This document shows, piece by piece, positions 34,969 to 44,838 of a stretch of 64,000 bases of DNA. The first letter of the stretch is position 1, and each line of letters begins with the position of its first letter. Under the pieces are notes generated by a model. The model ran no database searches and was not told where the DNA came from. It was given only the letters and a program-made list of their open reading frames with translations. The DNA is from a bacterium (GTDB lineage Bacteria; Patescibacteriota; Minisyncoccia; UBA6257; GWB1-50-10), in the NCBI GenBank assembly GCA_021812365.1, contig JAKANQ010000001.1, positions 32,763 to 96,762 on the forward strand, given 5' to 3'. The position numbers and the translations under genes are program-made.

Positions 34969-35074
34969 AATAAAAGGCTTCTTCCTATTATAGCAGAGAT
35001 CCGTTTTTCAAAGCTTTCACGCATCCTTATTTTTTAGTATACTGTTACTGTAACGCATACACAAACATAAAACA

Positions 35075-35638
35075 ATGATTATTATAAATTCAGCGGTGCC
35101 TGATTTCGAGGTAGATATGTTTCAAGGGGACGAGATAAAGAAGATAAAACTTTCTGAATATAAAGGGAAATGGGTCGCACTCATCTTCTATCCTGCGGAT
35201 TTTACATTCGTATGTCCGACCGAGCTCGAAGATGCGCAGTCGCATTATGAGGAAATAAAGAAGTTAGGTGGAGAAATTTTAAGTGTGAGTACCGATACCG
35301 CATTCGTGCACAAGGCGTGGCATGACAGTTCGCCCGCCATTGGAAAGATCCGGTATCCGATGGTGGCTGACCCCACGGGAAATCTTTCAAGGATGTTTGG
35401 AACATATATTGAAAGCGAGGGTGTTTCATTGAGAGGTACATTCATAATCGATCCTGATGGAGTGCTAAAGACAATAGAGATTCACGACAACAGTATCGGA
35501 AGGAGTGCAAAGGAATTAGTGAGAAAACTTGAGGCCGCCAAATTCGTTCGAGAACACAAAGGAAATGTATGTCCCGCAAGTTGGGAGCCTGGAAAAGAAG
35601 TTCTTACGCCAGGAATCGATCTTATCGGAAAGATCTAA
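35075..35638 (+). CDS. peroxiredoxin (2-Cys Prx, AhpC/TSA family)
   Basis: 187 aa. FTFVCPTEL peroxidatic-Cys motif; resolving Cys at GNVCPASW. Confidence 0.8.
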   Translation: MIIINSAVPDFEVDMFQGDEIKKIKLSEYKGKWVALIFYPADFTFVCPTELEDAQSHYEEIKKLGGEILSVSTDTAFVHKAWHDSSPAIGKIRYPMVADPTGNLSRMFGTYIESEGVSLRGTFIIDPDGVLKTIEIHDNSIGRSAKELVRKLEAAKFVREHKGNVCPASWEPGKEVLTPGIDLIGKI

Positions 35639-35652
35639 AGACAGAAGAGAAT

Positions 35653-35680
35653 CCCGCTCGTAAAAAAGCGGGGTTTTTGT
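35653..35680 (+). terminator. rho-independent terminator after the peroxiredoxin gene
   Basis: cccgc-tcgtaaaaaa-gcggg followed by TTTTT. Confidence 0.5.
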
Positions 35681-35740
35681 TTGACTTTAGTAAATATGCG
35701 GAACATTATGAGATTAGAACTTCGTCAAATGGAGGCTTCC

Positions 35741-36361
35741 ATGATCATTGAAGTTGAGGGATTGAGCTGTGCCGGCAAGACCACGCAAGCGAAAATACTA
35801 GAAACTTTTTTTAATAGTATGGGATATAGCGTGACGATTGCGAATGAGCCTGGAATGACTGTTTTTGGGACTCACCTTGGCAAAGTCATTCATTCCGACA
35901 TGCCGCGCGACAGTCTCGCGGAAGCGCTCGCCCTTCTTTCAATGGAAGCGCAGCTCTATTCGGAAATCATCATGCCGGAACTTGTACTTCCCAATCACAT
36001 TATTCTTCGTGATGGTGGGCGAGGTACGCTCTTAAGTTACCTTTATACCAATACATCGCTTAGTATCGAATCGCTTACACGACTTATCAATAGTGCAACG
36101 CGAAATACGCGAATGACCATCTCTATTTTTATCGATGTTCCTCCTGAGATCGCACTGAGACGGCTTGCCGAAAGCAGTCCCAAAAGATCGCGTTCAAAAT
36201 TTGATGAACGGCCAAAGGAACTCCTTAAACGCCAGCGTGATGTACTTCGCATGCTTTCGGAGAATCATACGGATTGGATCGTGGTAAACGGAGTCTGTTC
36301 TCCAAACGATGTGTTCAGACAGATACAGCACAAGATTAAGACCGTAACATTGGTTTCCTGA
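35741..36361 (+). CDS. tmk: thymidylate kinase
   Basis: MIIEVEGLSCAGKTTQ P-loop start. GGAGG at 35731-35735, 5 nt upstream. The track ORF begins at 35681; the start was trimmed to fit the RBS. Confidence 0.6.
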   Translation: MIIEVEGLSCAGKTTQAKILETFFNSMGYSVTIANEPGMTVFGTHLGKVIHSDMPRDSLAEALALLSMEAQLYSEIIMPELVLPNHIILRDGGRGTLLSYLYTNTSLSIESLTRLINSATRNTRMTISIFIDVPPEIALRRLAESSPKRSRSKFDERPKELLKRQRDVLRMLSENHTDWIVVNGVCSPNDVFRQIQHKIKTVTLVS

Positions 36362-36368
36362 TTGTTTT

Positions 36369-36393
36369 AACCCCGCTTACGCGGGGCTTTTTC
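36369..36393 (+). terminator. rho-independent terminator
   Basis: ccccgc-ttac-gcgggg followed by cttttt. Confidence 0.65.
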
Positions 36394-36455
36394 TTAGTGC
36401 CGCTTTTGATTGTAATAAAAGCCCCCGATTATTTTCGGGGGAAAAGGTGTCCTAT

Positions 36456-36773
36456 CTATTTGAGGCGGGCAGTGACCGAAGTCATGATCTTCAGCTTTCC
36501 GGCGATGAGTCGGGCGATATCCGTTGCCCTTGAAAAGCTTTCATTCCTCGCCACCTCGAGAACGAGGGAGTCGTGTGCGGCCCCAAGTTTCTTGTTGTGA
36601 AAATGAAGGGTTCCGATTCTTTCCTCATTCATCACGATACCGAAACGTTCTCGCGGACGATGCAGGAGGATGACATCTCCTTCGTCATTCGTCAGTATAT
36701 ATCCCCGCTCCTCCAAAAATTGGCCCACTGCGAGGGATACCTCCATCGGCCCTGCTCCGCTCTTCCTGTTCAT
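36456..36773 (-). CDS. hypothetical protein
   Basis: 105-aa ORF with no recognisable motif. Located in a gap between plus-strand genes. Confidence 0.3.
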   Translation of the reverse strand: MNRKSGAGPMEVSLAVGQFLEERGYILTNDEGDVILLHRPRERFGIVMNEERIGTLHFHNKKLGAAHDSLVLEVARNESFSRATDIARLIAGKLKIMTSVTARLK

Positions 36774-36916
36774 CTCGCGTCCTCCTTGTAAATGTGCGTA
36801 AGCGAACTGTTACAATATCTCATTTTTTATCTCATTTGTCAACTCATACTTTTTATTAATTGACAAAATCATCATTATCTATCAAAATTAGAACTCAGGT
36901 TTATTTCTACTTACCT

Positions 36917-38368
36917 ATGGCACGCAACGAAGTTATATTACGCTTTGATAATGTTTCCTTTGAATTTGGACATCACTCACCTATTTTAAATGAGGTCAGT
37001 TTTTCCGTACGTGACGGATGGAAAGTCACACTTATGGGTCAGAATGGGGCGGGAAAGAGTACCATATTCCAGCTTATCACGGAAGCTCTAAGTCCTGAGG
37101 AGGGAAATATTCATATCGCGGACGGTCTTTCCATCGCCATTGCTCGCCAGGTCATTCCTCGCGATCAGATGGTGCTCTCGGTGCGTGAATTTTTTGAAAG
37201 ATGCTTTGACACTAAAATATACGATATTGACCCTCGCATTGATGAGGTACTTGAAGTTGTGAATTTACACGCACCTCACGATCGCATCGTCGGTTCGTTT
37301 TCGGGGGGACAGCAGGCTCGTCTGCTTCTTGCATCGGCACTTATTCAAAAGCCCGATCTTCTATTGCTTGATGAGCCGACAAACAATTTGGATAAAGACG
37401 GCATCGCACATCTCACAAAATTTCTCATTGATTATAAGAAGACGTGTATCGTCATCTCACACGACGCGGATTTCTTGAACGCATTTACTCAAGGAGTTCT
37501 CTACCTCGACATTTTTACACAAAAAGTTGAACAATATGTAGGTAACTATAAGGATGTGGTTGCCGAGATTTCAGCAAGAATCGAGAAAGAGAACAGGAAG
37601 AACGCATTGCTGGAAAAGGAGATTCAAGCAAACAAAGACAAGGCGAACTTCTTCGCGCATAAAGGCGGCCAGATGAGACTTGTTGCAAAGAAAATGAGAG
37701 AGAAGGTTGAAGAAATGGAGGAGGCAAAGGTGGATGTCCGAAAGGAAGATAAGACGATACGTCAGTTCGTCATTCCCTCACAGCCTGAACTCATCGGTGA
37801 AATATTGCATATCTCGTCATTTTCAATATTCAAAGAACACAAACCTACAGTCAAAAAAGCAAATATCTCATTGAAGAAGAATCAACATCTTTTGCTTGTG
37901 GGAAGGAACGGTATTGGGAAGAGCACTCTTTTGGAAGCGCTGGCGAGCGGCAAGAATAAGGGCGCCACGATCGCGGAAGATGTGCGCGTAGGATACTATC
38001 GACAGGATTTCTCGACGCTGAACTTTGAGGATTCCGTATATACAGCCCTTTCTTCTGTTTCTGAAAATATCGGTGAGGAGCAGCTTCGTTCCATCGCGGC
38101 GGGTTTTCTCATCGATGAAGAAATGATGAGGAAAAGGGTTGGTTCCCTTTCTGAGGGGCAAAAAGGACTTGTTGCAATGGCGCAGCTTGTGCTTCTGCGT
38201 CCCGGACTTCTCATTCTTGATGAGCCGACCAATCATATCAATTTCCGCCACCTTCCCATCATTGCTTCGGCTCTCAATAAGTATGATGGTGCTATGATAC
38301 TTGTAAGCCACGTTCCCGAATTCGTATCACAAATTCGAATTGATGAGGTGTTTGACCTCGAAAAATAA
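36917..38368 (+). CDS. ABC-F family ATPase (two tandem ABC domains, no TM)
   Basis: Two Walker A motifs (GQNGAGKST, GRNGIGKST) and two signatures (FSGGQQARL, LSEGQKGLV). Start trimmed to MARNEVILRFDNVSF at 36917. Confidence 0.7.
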   Translation: MARNEVILRFDNVSFEFGHHSPILNEVSFSVRDGWKVTLMGQNGAGKSTIFQLITEALSPEEGNIHIADGLSIAIARQVIPRDQMVLSVREFFERCFDTKIYDIDPRIDEVLEVVNLHAPHDRIVGSFSGGQQARLLLASALIQKPDLLLLDEPTNNLDKDGIAHLTKFLIDYKKTCIVISHDADFLNAFTQGVLYLDIFTQKVEQYVGNYKDVVAEISARIEKENRKNALLEKEIQANKDKANFFAHKGGQMRLVAKKMREKVEEMEEAKVDVRKEDKTIRQFVIPSQPELIGEILHISSFSIFKEHKPTVKKANISLKKNQHLLLVGRNGIGKSTLLEALASGKNKGATIAEDVRVGYYRQDFSTLNFEDSVYTALSSVSENIGEEQLRSIAAGFLIDEEMMRKRVGSLSEGQKGLVAMAQLVLLRPGLLILDEPTNHINFRHLPIIASALNKYDGAMILVSHVPEFVSQIRIDEVFDLEK

Positions 38369-38392
38369 GACAGAACTCTCTATACTGTACGT

Positions 38393-38740
38393 ATGGATAC
38401 CGAAACGATCATCTGTCCGAAGTGCGGTTCAATAGTTCCCGCATCGGCCTATTTTTGTCCTCAGTGCGGAAAACCGCTTAAAGCAAAGCCGATATCAACC
38501 TCCTTTTCAAAGCAAGTCCTCGTATACTTGGTAAGTTTCTTTCTTCCTCCTTTTGGACTCACCTACGCATGGCAGTACTATAAACAGAATGATGAAAAAT
38601 CAAAGGAAATCGCGCTCTTTTCCCTCATTCTTACCGTAGTTTCAGTGATACTCACGCTTTGGGCCGCAAACTCAATGATGAACTCGCTAACGCAATCCTT
38701 GGGCATTGGAGGCGGTTTAGGAAATCTTAACGGCTTGTGA
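38393..38740 (+). CDS. zinc-ribbon membrane protein
   Basis: 115 aa. ICPKCGS ... CPQCG zinc ribbon, then 2 TM helices. Confidence 0.4.
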   Translation: MDTETIICPKCGSIVPASAYFCPQCGKPLKAKPISTSFSKQVLVYLVSFFLPPFGLTYAWQYYKQNDEKSKEIALFSLILTVVSVILTLWAANSMMNSLTQSLGIGGGLGNLNGL

Positions 38741-38748
38741 ACAAAAAA

Positions 38749-38778
38749 ATCACACTCAATAATGAGTGTGATTTTTTA
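38749..38778. terminator. bidirectional hairpin terminator between convergent genes
   Basis: cacactca-ataa-tgagtgtg with A-run and T-run flanks. Confidence 0.6.
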
Positions 38779-40140
38779 TTATTTTCCAAATGACCTGCTT
38801 GGTCGTGAGCCGCGACTTCTGAATCTCGGTTTTTTCTTGAATGAACCTTCTGTCTTGAAAGGTGAACTCTGCCCAGATTCTCTGCGCGCCGCGTATCCCG
38901 CGACGTTATGCCGTTTTGCGTGACCTCTTCCCACAGGATTGAATCTTCGAGGTGAGAAACGACGCTCTTCACGTTCAGGTCGTTCCGGAGGAATTCCCAT
39001 CTTTGCCGCAGGAAGCGGATTGGGTAATTCAGGTAACTTTGAAACCGGTAGCGTTTCGCGAATCAGTCTTTCAATCGCGCGAATATCGTCTCTTTGATTT
39101 CCACGTGCAAATGAGATTGCGTGGCCGCTTACTCCCGCGCGTCCCGTACGCCCGATTCGATGTACGTAATCATCCGCATTTTCAGGAAGGTCATAGTTTA
39201 TGACCACTTCAATATTACTCACATCAATACCGCGCGCCGCAATATCAGTCGCAACAAGTACTCGATACTTTCCGTTTTTGAATCCCTCAAGCGCTTCGCG
39301 GCGCTGGCCAAGCGAACGATTTGAGTGAATCTCGGTTGCGGAATGCCCCAAAAATCTCACCAATGCCGCTATTCGTTTCGCATTATGCTTTGTGCGAGAA
39401 AAGACGAGTACGGAACCCTTGTATTCCTGCAATAGTTTTTCTAAAAGTCTCGATTTATCCTCTTGCGACACAATGAACAATTCCTGCGTCACGTCCTTTG
39501 CGGTACTGCCTGGACGCGCAATCTCGATTCTGATCGGCAGTTTCATATAGGCGCGAGCGATGGAGACGATCTCCTCGGGCATCGTTGCCGAAAAAAGCAT
39601 CGTTTGTCGCTCCTCGGGAATTGCCGCGATGATCTGCTTCAATTGAGGGGCAAATCCCATGTCCAACATTCTGTCCGCCTCATCCAATACAAGCATGGTG
39701 ACCTTGCTCAAGTTGATGGTTTTTTGGTCCACGTGGTCGATAAGACGTCCGGGGGTGCCTATGACTATGTCCGGCCTTCGTGCGAGCGCGCGAAGTTGGC
39801 GCGGCATCGGTTCGCCTCCTATGATAACAGCTGTTTTCACTCCAAGCTGCATTCCTATCTTATTCAATGATTCCGCTACCTGAACTGCGAGTTCACGCGT
39901 AGGAACCACCACAAGGCCAAGGCTTTGCTCTTTTAGCACGCGCTGAATCATCGGAATACCGAATGCGAGTGTTTTTCCCGTTCCGGTCTGCGCGACGCCC
40001 ATCACATCCTTTCCCTCCATTGCGATCGGAATAGCCTGTTCCTGAATAGGCGTAGGTTTTGTAAAATTGATTTTTTGTAAGATTCCGAGAATTGCGGGCG
40101 CTATGCCAAGTCCTTCAAATCCCTTTTCGTTGTTTGTCAT
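38779..40140 (-). CDS. DEAD-box ATP-dependent RNA helicase
   Basis: 453 aa. Motifs AQTGTGKT, DEAD, SAT, HRIGRTGR. Basic RG-rich C-terminal tail. Confidence 0.8.
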   Translation of the reverse strand: MTNNEKGFEGLGIAPAILGILQKINFTKPTPIQEQAIPIAMEGKDVMGVAQTGTGKTLAFGIPMIQRVLKEQSLGLVVVPTRELAVQVAESLNKIGMQLGVKTAVIIGGEPMPRQLRALARRPDIVIGTPGRLIDHVDQKTINLSKVTMLVLDEADRMLDMGFAPQLKQIIAAIPEERQTMLFSATMPEEIVSIARAYMKLPIRIEIARPGSTAKDVTQELFIVSQEDKSRLLEKLLQEYKGSVLVFSRTKHNAKRIAALVRFLGHSATEIHSNRSLGQRREALEGFKNGKYRVLVATDIAARGIDVSNIEVVINYDLPENADDYVHRIGRTGRAGVSGHAISFARGNQRDDIRAIERLIRETLPVSKLPELPNPLPAAKMGIPPERPEREERRFSPRRFNPVGRGHAKRHNVAGYAARRESGQSSPFKTEGSFKKKPRFRSRGSRPSRSFGK

Positions 40141-40241
40141 TCGTCGACCATCATATCACATTGACAAAATAAAGCAAATATTTCTTTTTGATGTTACAGT
40201 TCAAATAAAATCCCCTCCAAATATGATTGGAGGGGATGGTC

Positions 40242-40787
40242 TCATCCATCAACCCTGAATTGTTCCGGATTGGCAATTAAATCTGCAAGACCAAGTTTGA
40301 CCGCCTTTTCTGAAGTAATTGATACCTCATTATTCATCAATTCACTGATTTTTCTTAATGAGAGTGACCCGCCAGATCTTTCTACGAGGATATTTCGATA
40401 TCTTTCGATCGCATGATCTATTTCCCATGCCACCGTACGCATCAAATTCGTACTAAGCTTTGAATTTCTATGCAAATCATCAATACCAACATTGTGGAAA
40501 AATAAGGTCGTATTTTTTGTCAAAATGCGAGTTTTTCCCGCAGCTAAGATTATCGGCGCCGTTGAACTCACTTCCCCCGTACCGACGGTGATGAGCGTCG
40601 GTTTTAGAAGCTGTATTGCATCGTAAAAAGCCAGACCTACGTCCATCTCCCCGCCACCGCTGAAAAGCCACAATGTAATGGGCTCCTCCTTGCTTTTCAA
40701 AAGGAGCTTTTCAATTTTGCTCATTACGCGAGCATACCCCTGGCGATCGATGTAACCAACCCACTTCACCAAACGGTTGAGATTCAT
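40242..40787 (-). CDS. ClpP-like (S14 family) serine protease homolog, divergent
   Basis: 181 aa. FSGGGEMDVGLAFYDAIQ and GEVSSTAPIILAAGKTRI ... FFHNV resemble the ClpP core. No ClpX or ClpA gene nearby. Confidence 0.4.
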   Translation of the reverse strand: MNLNRLVKWVGYIDRQGYARVMSKIEKLLLKSKEEPITLWLFSGGGEMDVGLAFYDAIQLLKPTLITVGTGEVSSTAPIILAAGKTRILTKNTTLFFHNVGIDDLHRNSKLSTNLMRTVAWEIDHAIERYRNILVERSGGSLSLRKISELMNNEVSITSEKAVKLGLADLIANPEQFRVDG

Positions 40788-40865
40788 ATGCCCCCCCTAT
40801 AGCAATGTTCTTATTACAAAATACGCCACTCACGGTGGAAGTCAATTTCCCTTTTGCCTACCGCC

Positions 40866-42071
40866 TTACTCGTATCGTAGGGCTTCCGCCGGCTCCATTT
40901 TTGCAGCCCTCCTTGCAGGCAAAAAGCCGGCTATCATTCCCGTAATGAAGGCGATTATAAGAATGACGAAGATACCAAGAAAATCGAGAGATTCGAAGGA
41001 GAAAAATCCTTTTATGCCGAATCCATCGGCAATAAGTCCTATCGCATATGCAAGCACTATGCCCAATATCGCCCCTATCGCACCTCCTATAAATCCGATG
41101 ACTCCTGACTCAATGAGGAACATGAGCAGTATGTTTCCCGAAGATGCGCCTACCGCCTTCAATATGCCAATGTGCTTGGTACGTTCAAGGACGGAAGTGT
41201 ACATTGTGTTCATGATTCCCACCGCACCCACGATAAGTGATACCAACGCAATGACGATCAATACGAACTCTACGATTGAAAGCACGCTTCCTATGAGGAC
41301 ATTCGCTTTCTCCGGTGTAAGCACTGAAAAATCAGGGACCACCTCTTGCTTTGAAAGTTTGAATTTTATTTGCTGGGCAATGAGATCTATATCAACGCCT
41401 GGATTCGTCTTTACGAGTGCGGTCATCGCGCCCTGTCTTCCGGTAAGATGACGGAATATCGGGATGGAAAGAAAAGCGGAATTATCATCGTCCGTTCCAG
41501 TCTTTGCAAGAATTCCCGCAACGACGATCTTCCTTGATTTGATGATTATCTCATCGCCGGTCTTTATTGGAGTCTTAAATAACTTCGTTGCGGCCAAATA
41601 TCCGAATACAATCTCATTTTTGTCATTATTTTCAGGCCATACCCCCTCTTCAAGCCTCAATCCTTGCGATTCTTGAAACACAATTTGTATTTCTTTCCAT
41701 TCAACCGCGTGCACAAGCAGCCCCTTTTTTTCACCGTGCGATTCGATGTTAAGTGAGGCCACGTCGACGGGTGTTGCGAATTTAACCCCCTCTATGGTTT
41801 CAAGGGCATCTATATCCTTGTCTCTGAATCGTTCGCCTGAGACGAGCCCCACCATCGGATTCGTTTCCTTTCCGGGGTACACCATAATAAGATCGGAACC
41901 GAACATTTGAAGCGCCTTTGCAATCACGTTCTGAACGCCGGAACTTATCGAGAAAATAGTGACCACGAGCATGATGCCTATCACTATTCCGAGAACAGTA
42001 AGCCAACTTCTTATTGGTCTGAACCTGATGCTTTTGAAAATAAGGGTAAGAAATTGTATTCCCATGATCAT
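40866..42071 (-). CDS. ABC transporter permease (FtsX/MacB-like)
   Basis: 401 aa. N-terminal TM, periplasmic domain, C-terminal 3-TM FtsX bundle. Confidence 0.6.
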   Translation of the reverse strand: MIMGIQFLTLIFKSIRFRPIRSWLTVLGIVIGIMLVVTIFSISSGVQNVIAKALQMFGSDLIMVYPGKETNPMVGLVSGERFRDKDIDALETIEGVKFATPVDVASLNIESHGEKKGLLVHAVEWKEIQIVFQESQGLRLEEGVWPENNDKNEIVFGYLAATKLFKTPIKTGDEIIIKSRKIVVAGILAKTGTDDDNSAFLSIPIFRHLTGRQGAMTALVKTNPGVDIDLIAQQIKFKLSKQEVVPDFSVLTPEKANVLIGSVLSIVEFVLIVIALVSLIVGAVGIMNTMYTSVLERTKHIGILKAVGASSGNILLMFLIESGVIGFIGGAIGAILGIVLAYAIGLIADGFGIKGFFSFESLDFLGIFVILIIAFITGMIAGFLPARRAAKMEPAEALRYE

Positions 42072-42934
42072 TCTGTGTACATTGCTTTGTGGACATGGTG
42101 GTCGGGAACCAGTGCCCCATCTTTTAAGGTGATTATCTCATCGGCTTTCTCCGCGATATCTTTGTCATGCGTCACAATGACCAATGTTTTCTTTTGAACG
42201 CGATTGAACTCAATGAGCATTTCAAGTAACTTGTTTCCCGTGTTCGAATCCAAATTGCCCGTTGGCTCGTCACAAAGGAGAATTGCGGGATCATTTGAAA
42301 GAGCTCGTAAAATAGCGACCCTCTGCTGTTCCCCTCCTGATAATTGCGAAGGTCTGTGATTCATTCGTTCTTCCAGCCCCATTGCCTTAAATTGTTCCCT
42401 CACTTTTTCTGCATCGGTTTTTCGCGCCGCAAATATGCGCGGTACGGTGACATTTTCATGCGCGGTGAGCCATGGAATGAGGTTATACTGCTGGAATACG
42501 AATCCGAATGTCTCTGACCTGAGAAGAGCGCTCTCATCATCCCCTAGTGCTGAAATATCGGAACCGCGCAGATAGACCTTTCCCGATGTAGGCTTATCCA
42601 AAAGTCCCATCATATTCAACAAAGTGCTTTTTCCGGAGCCGCTTGCGCCGATGATAGAGACGAAATCTCCTTCCCAAATATGAACATCCAATTCTTTTAG
42701 CACTTGTGTCTCGACTTCGTCGCTCTTAAAAATCTTCCATACGCCATCGAGATGAATAAGAGGCACTCCCATGAATTTTTTAGGATTTTTCTTAAATCGC
42801 TCAAAGCATCCTTCCCCACAAAAATAAAATTGACGGCCTTCGTAGGAGTGCGTGATCACCCCCGGAAAGGATGCGAGGTGCATTCCGCATACAAGGTCAA
42901 TCTTCTTTTCTTCAATCTCTTCGTTCGTGTGCAT
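42068..42934 (-). CDS. ABC transporter ATP-binding protein with N-terminal YHS/TRASH-like metal-binding zinc-ribbon domain
   Basis: 288 aa. N-terminal DLVCGMHL ... YEGRQFYFCGEGCFERFKKNP (YHS-like). Then Walker A GASGSGKST, signature LSGGEQQRVAILRAL, Walker B LLCDEPT. Confidence 0.65.
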   Translation of the reverse strand: MHTNEEIEEKKIDLVCGMHLASFPGVITHSYEGRQFYFCGEGCFERFKKNPKKFMGVPLIHLDGVWKIFKSDEVETQVLKELDVHIWEGDFVSIIGASGSGKSTLLNMMGLLDKPTSGKVYLRGSDISALGDDESALLRSETFGFVFQQYNLIPWLTAHENVTVPRIFAARKTDAEKVREQFKAMGLEERMNHRPSQLSGGEQQRVAILRALSNDPAILLCDEPTGNLDSNTGNKLLEMLIEFNRVQKKTLVIVTHDKDIAEKADEIITLKDGALVPDHHVHKAMYTE

Positions 42935-42940
42935 GAGCGA

Positions 42941-44491
42941 TTAACTTCCTGAGACGAGCACCAGTTGACCCTCATTTAATCCACGCGTCACCTCAATGGT
43001 GTCATCATCTGAAATGCCGGTTTCTATCTCAACTTCTTGTATGGCGCCATTTTCCAGAATTTTGACATAGCGTCTGTTTCCACTTTTATATACGGCAATT
43101 TCGGGAATAGCGAGGACATTCTTCTTTGTTATTCCATATATCACAAGATCCGCACTCATTCCGGCTCGAATTTGGCGACTTGTATCAGTTCCTGCGTCAA
43201 ACACTATATTCACTCGAAAATATTTATCTCCTTCCTCAACTATTTCCTTTGAATCAATTGAGAAGACCTTGCCGGAATATTTAACTCCCGGAAAAGAATC
43301 AAATTCTATTGAAACGACTCCGGCGTCTTCTTCCCGTATCCTTCCGATATCAAGCTCTGAAATATCAGATTGTATCTTAAGTTCCGGAATCGAAAGTGAG
43401 ACCGCAATTTTACCAGGTCCCGAAAGTTCGTTTCTTTCAACCCATATCTTGGTCACCTTTGCGTCAGCGGGTGCTCTCAATGTCGCCTTAGCGATTCTTT
43501 CGTTCACTGTCGCAATCTCATCATTTATCTCATCAATTTGCGCGTGCGCGATGGCAATCTCCTCGGATCTTGTTCCCGCCTGTTTCAATGCAAGCTGATT
43601 TTCCGCGATTATCACATTTGATCTTGCAACTTCAAGTTTCTCTTGTGCGACAGTGAGGTTTGTCATCGCGAGCCCCATTGCCGTTCTGCCTGCGGATATA
43701 TTTACTCGCCACGCATCTATCGTTGTTTGCGTCAACGCGCCACTTGGCGCGAGATTGCTCAAAATGAGCGCCGCCTTGCTCGAAACGGTCTGCGCGAGTA
43801 AAAGATTATCTTTGGATATCTCGCTTATTGCACCAAGATCGCTTGAAGTTGAGAGTGAAGCAATGAGTGAGCTCCAATCAGAAAACTTACGTTCCATCAA
43901 AAGTCTCGCGGCCTCTATATCTGTCTTAAGCTGATTATCGGTTGGTTGAAAAGAAAGCTTCGGATCTGATCTCGGATTGAGAAAGAGCGGATCTATTTTA
44001 TTGCGTATTGCATCATCCGCCTTTATTTGAGCATCGATGATCGCATCAGTGAGGCCATTCTTTGCGTTATAGAGTGCTACTTTTGCGTTCTCGACTTGAG
44101 AGGCCGAAATGGTCATATCCTCGAGTGTTACACCCGCTTGAAGCTTTTGAAGTGTCGCCTTGCTTTGAAGTAGAATCGAATTCAATCGGTCTTTTTCAAG
44201 CGAAAGGTCTGTTGTCTCAAGCCGCATAAGCGAATCTCCTTTCTTTACGGTTTGCCCCTCGGAAACAAAGATCTTTTCGAGATTTCCTGAGAACGGGAAT
44301 TCAAGGTCAAACTCCTTTTGTGATACCACATCGCCGCGCTCATGCACCATTTCTTGAATATCCTTTCGCACGACCGAGGCTGTTATCACGTCATCGATCT
44401 TCACGCGAAAATATTTATTCCAAAGCCAAAAGGAGGTTATTGCAATTCCAAAGATGACAATTGCAGCTAAGTAATAGGTTATCTTCTTCAT
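42941..44491 (-). CDS. HlyD-family periplasmic adaptor (membrane fusion protein)
   Basis: 516 aa. TM anchor, lipoyl motifs, extended coiled-coil, beta-barrel. Confidence 0.6.
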   Translation of the reverse strand: MKKITYYLAAIVIFGIAITSFWLWNKYFRVKIDDVITASVVRKDIQEMVHERGDVVSQKEFDLEFPFSGNLEKIFVSEGQTVKKGDSLMRLETTDLSLEKDRLNSILLQSKATLQKLQAGVTLEDMTISASQVENAKVALYNAKNGLTDAIIDAQIKADDAIRNKIDPLFLNPRSDPKLSFQPTDNQLKTDIEAARLLMERKFSDWSSLIASLSTSSDLGAISEISKDNLLLAQTVSSKAALILSNLAPSGALTQTTIDAWRVNISAGRTAMGLAMTNLTVAQEKLEVARSNVIIAENQLALKQAGTRSEEIAIAHAQIDEINDEIATVNERIAKATLRAPADAKVTKIWVERNELSGPGKIAVSLSIPELKIQSDISELDIGRIREEDAGVVSIEFDSFPGVKYSGKVFSIDSKEIVEEGDKYFRVNIVFDAGTDTSRQIRAGMSADLVIYGITKKNVLAIPEIAVYKSGNRRYVKILENGAIQEVEIETGISDDDTIEVTRGLNEGQLVLVSGS

Positions 44492-44579
44492 TTACCTTAT
44501 TATATCATTATGCGAATGTATGAAATTGATATAATAAAAAGGTAAGCCTAAAGGTCGTAAACAAATTTACCAATCTAAC

Positions 44580-44786
44580 ATGTGGCATAAATTAACATTC
44601 ATTCTTCTTATCATCGGAGGATTGAACTGGCTGCTTGTCGGTCTTGCGGGATGGGATATTGGCGCATTGTTTGGTGGCCAAGGGGCAGCTGTTTCGAGAA
44701 TAATCTATATTCTCGTTGGTCTCTCCGCGCTTGCTCAGGCCTTTACGCATAAAGGCACCTGCAAAGTGTGTGAAGCAAAGATGTAA
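44580..44786 (+). CDS. DUF378 small membrane protein
   Basis: 68 aa. ILLIIGGLNWLLVGLAGWDIGALFGG signature. Confidence 0.5.
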   Translation: MWHKLTFILLIIGGLNWLLVGLAGWDIGALFGGQGAAVSRIIYILVGLSALAQAFTHKGTCKVCEAKM

Positions 44787-44800
44787 CAATTGTTGCAATC

Positions 44801-44829
44801 AAAAAACACGACGTAATGTCGTGTTTTTT
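44801..44829. terminator. bidirectional rho-independent terminator
   Basis: aaaaaacacgac-gtaat-gtcgtgtttttt. Confidence 0.65.
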
Positions 44830-44838
44830 GATTCTCTA

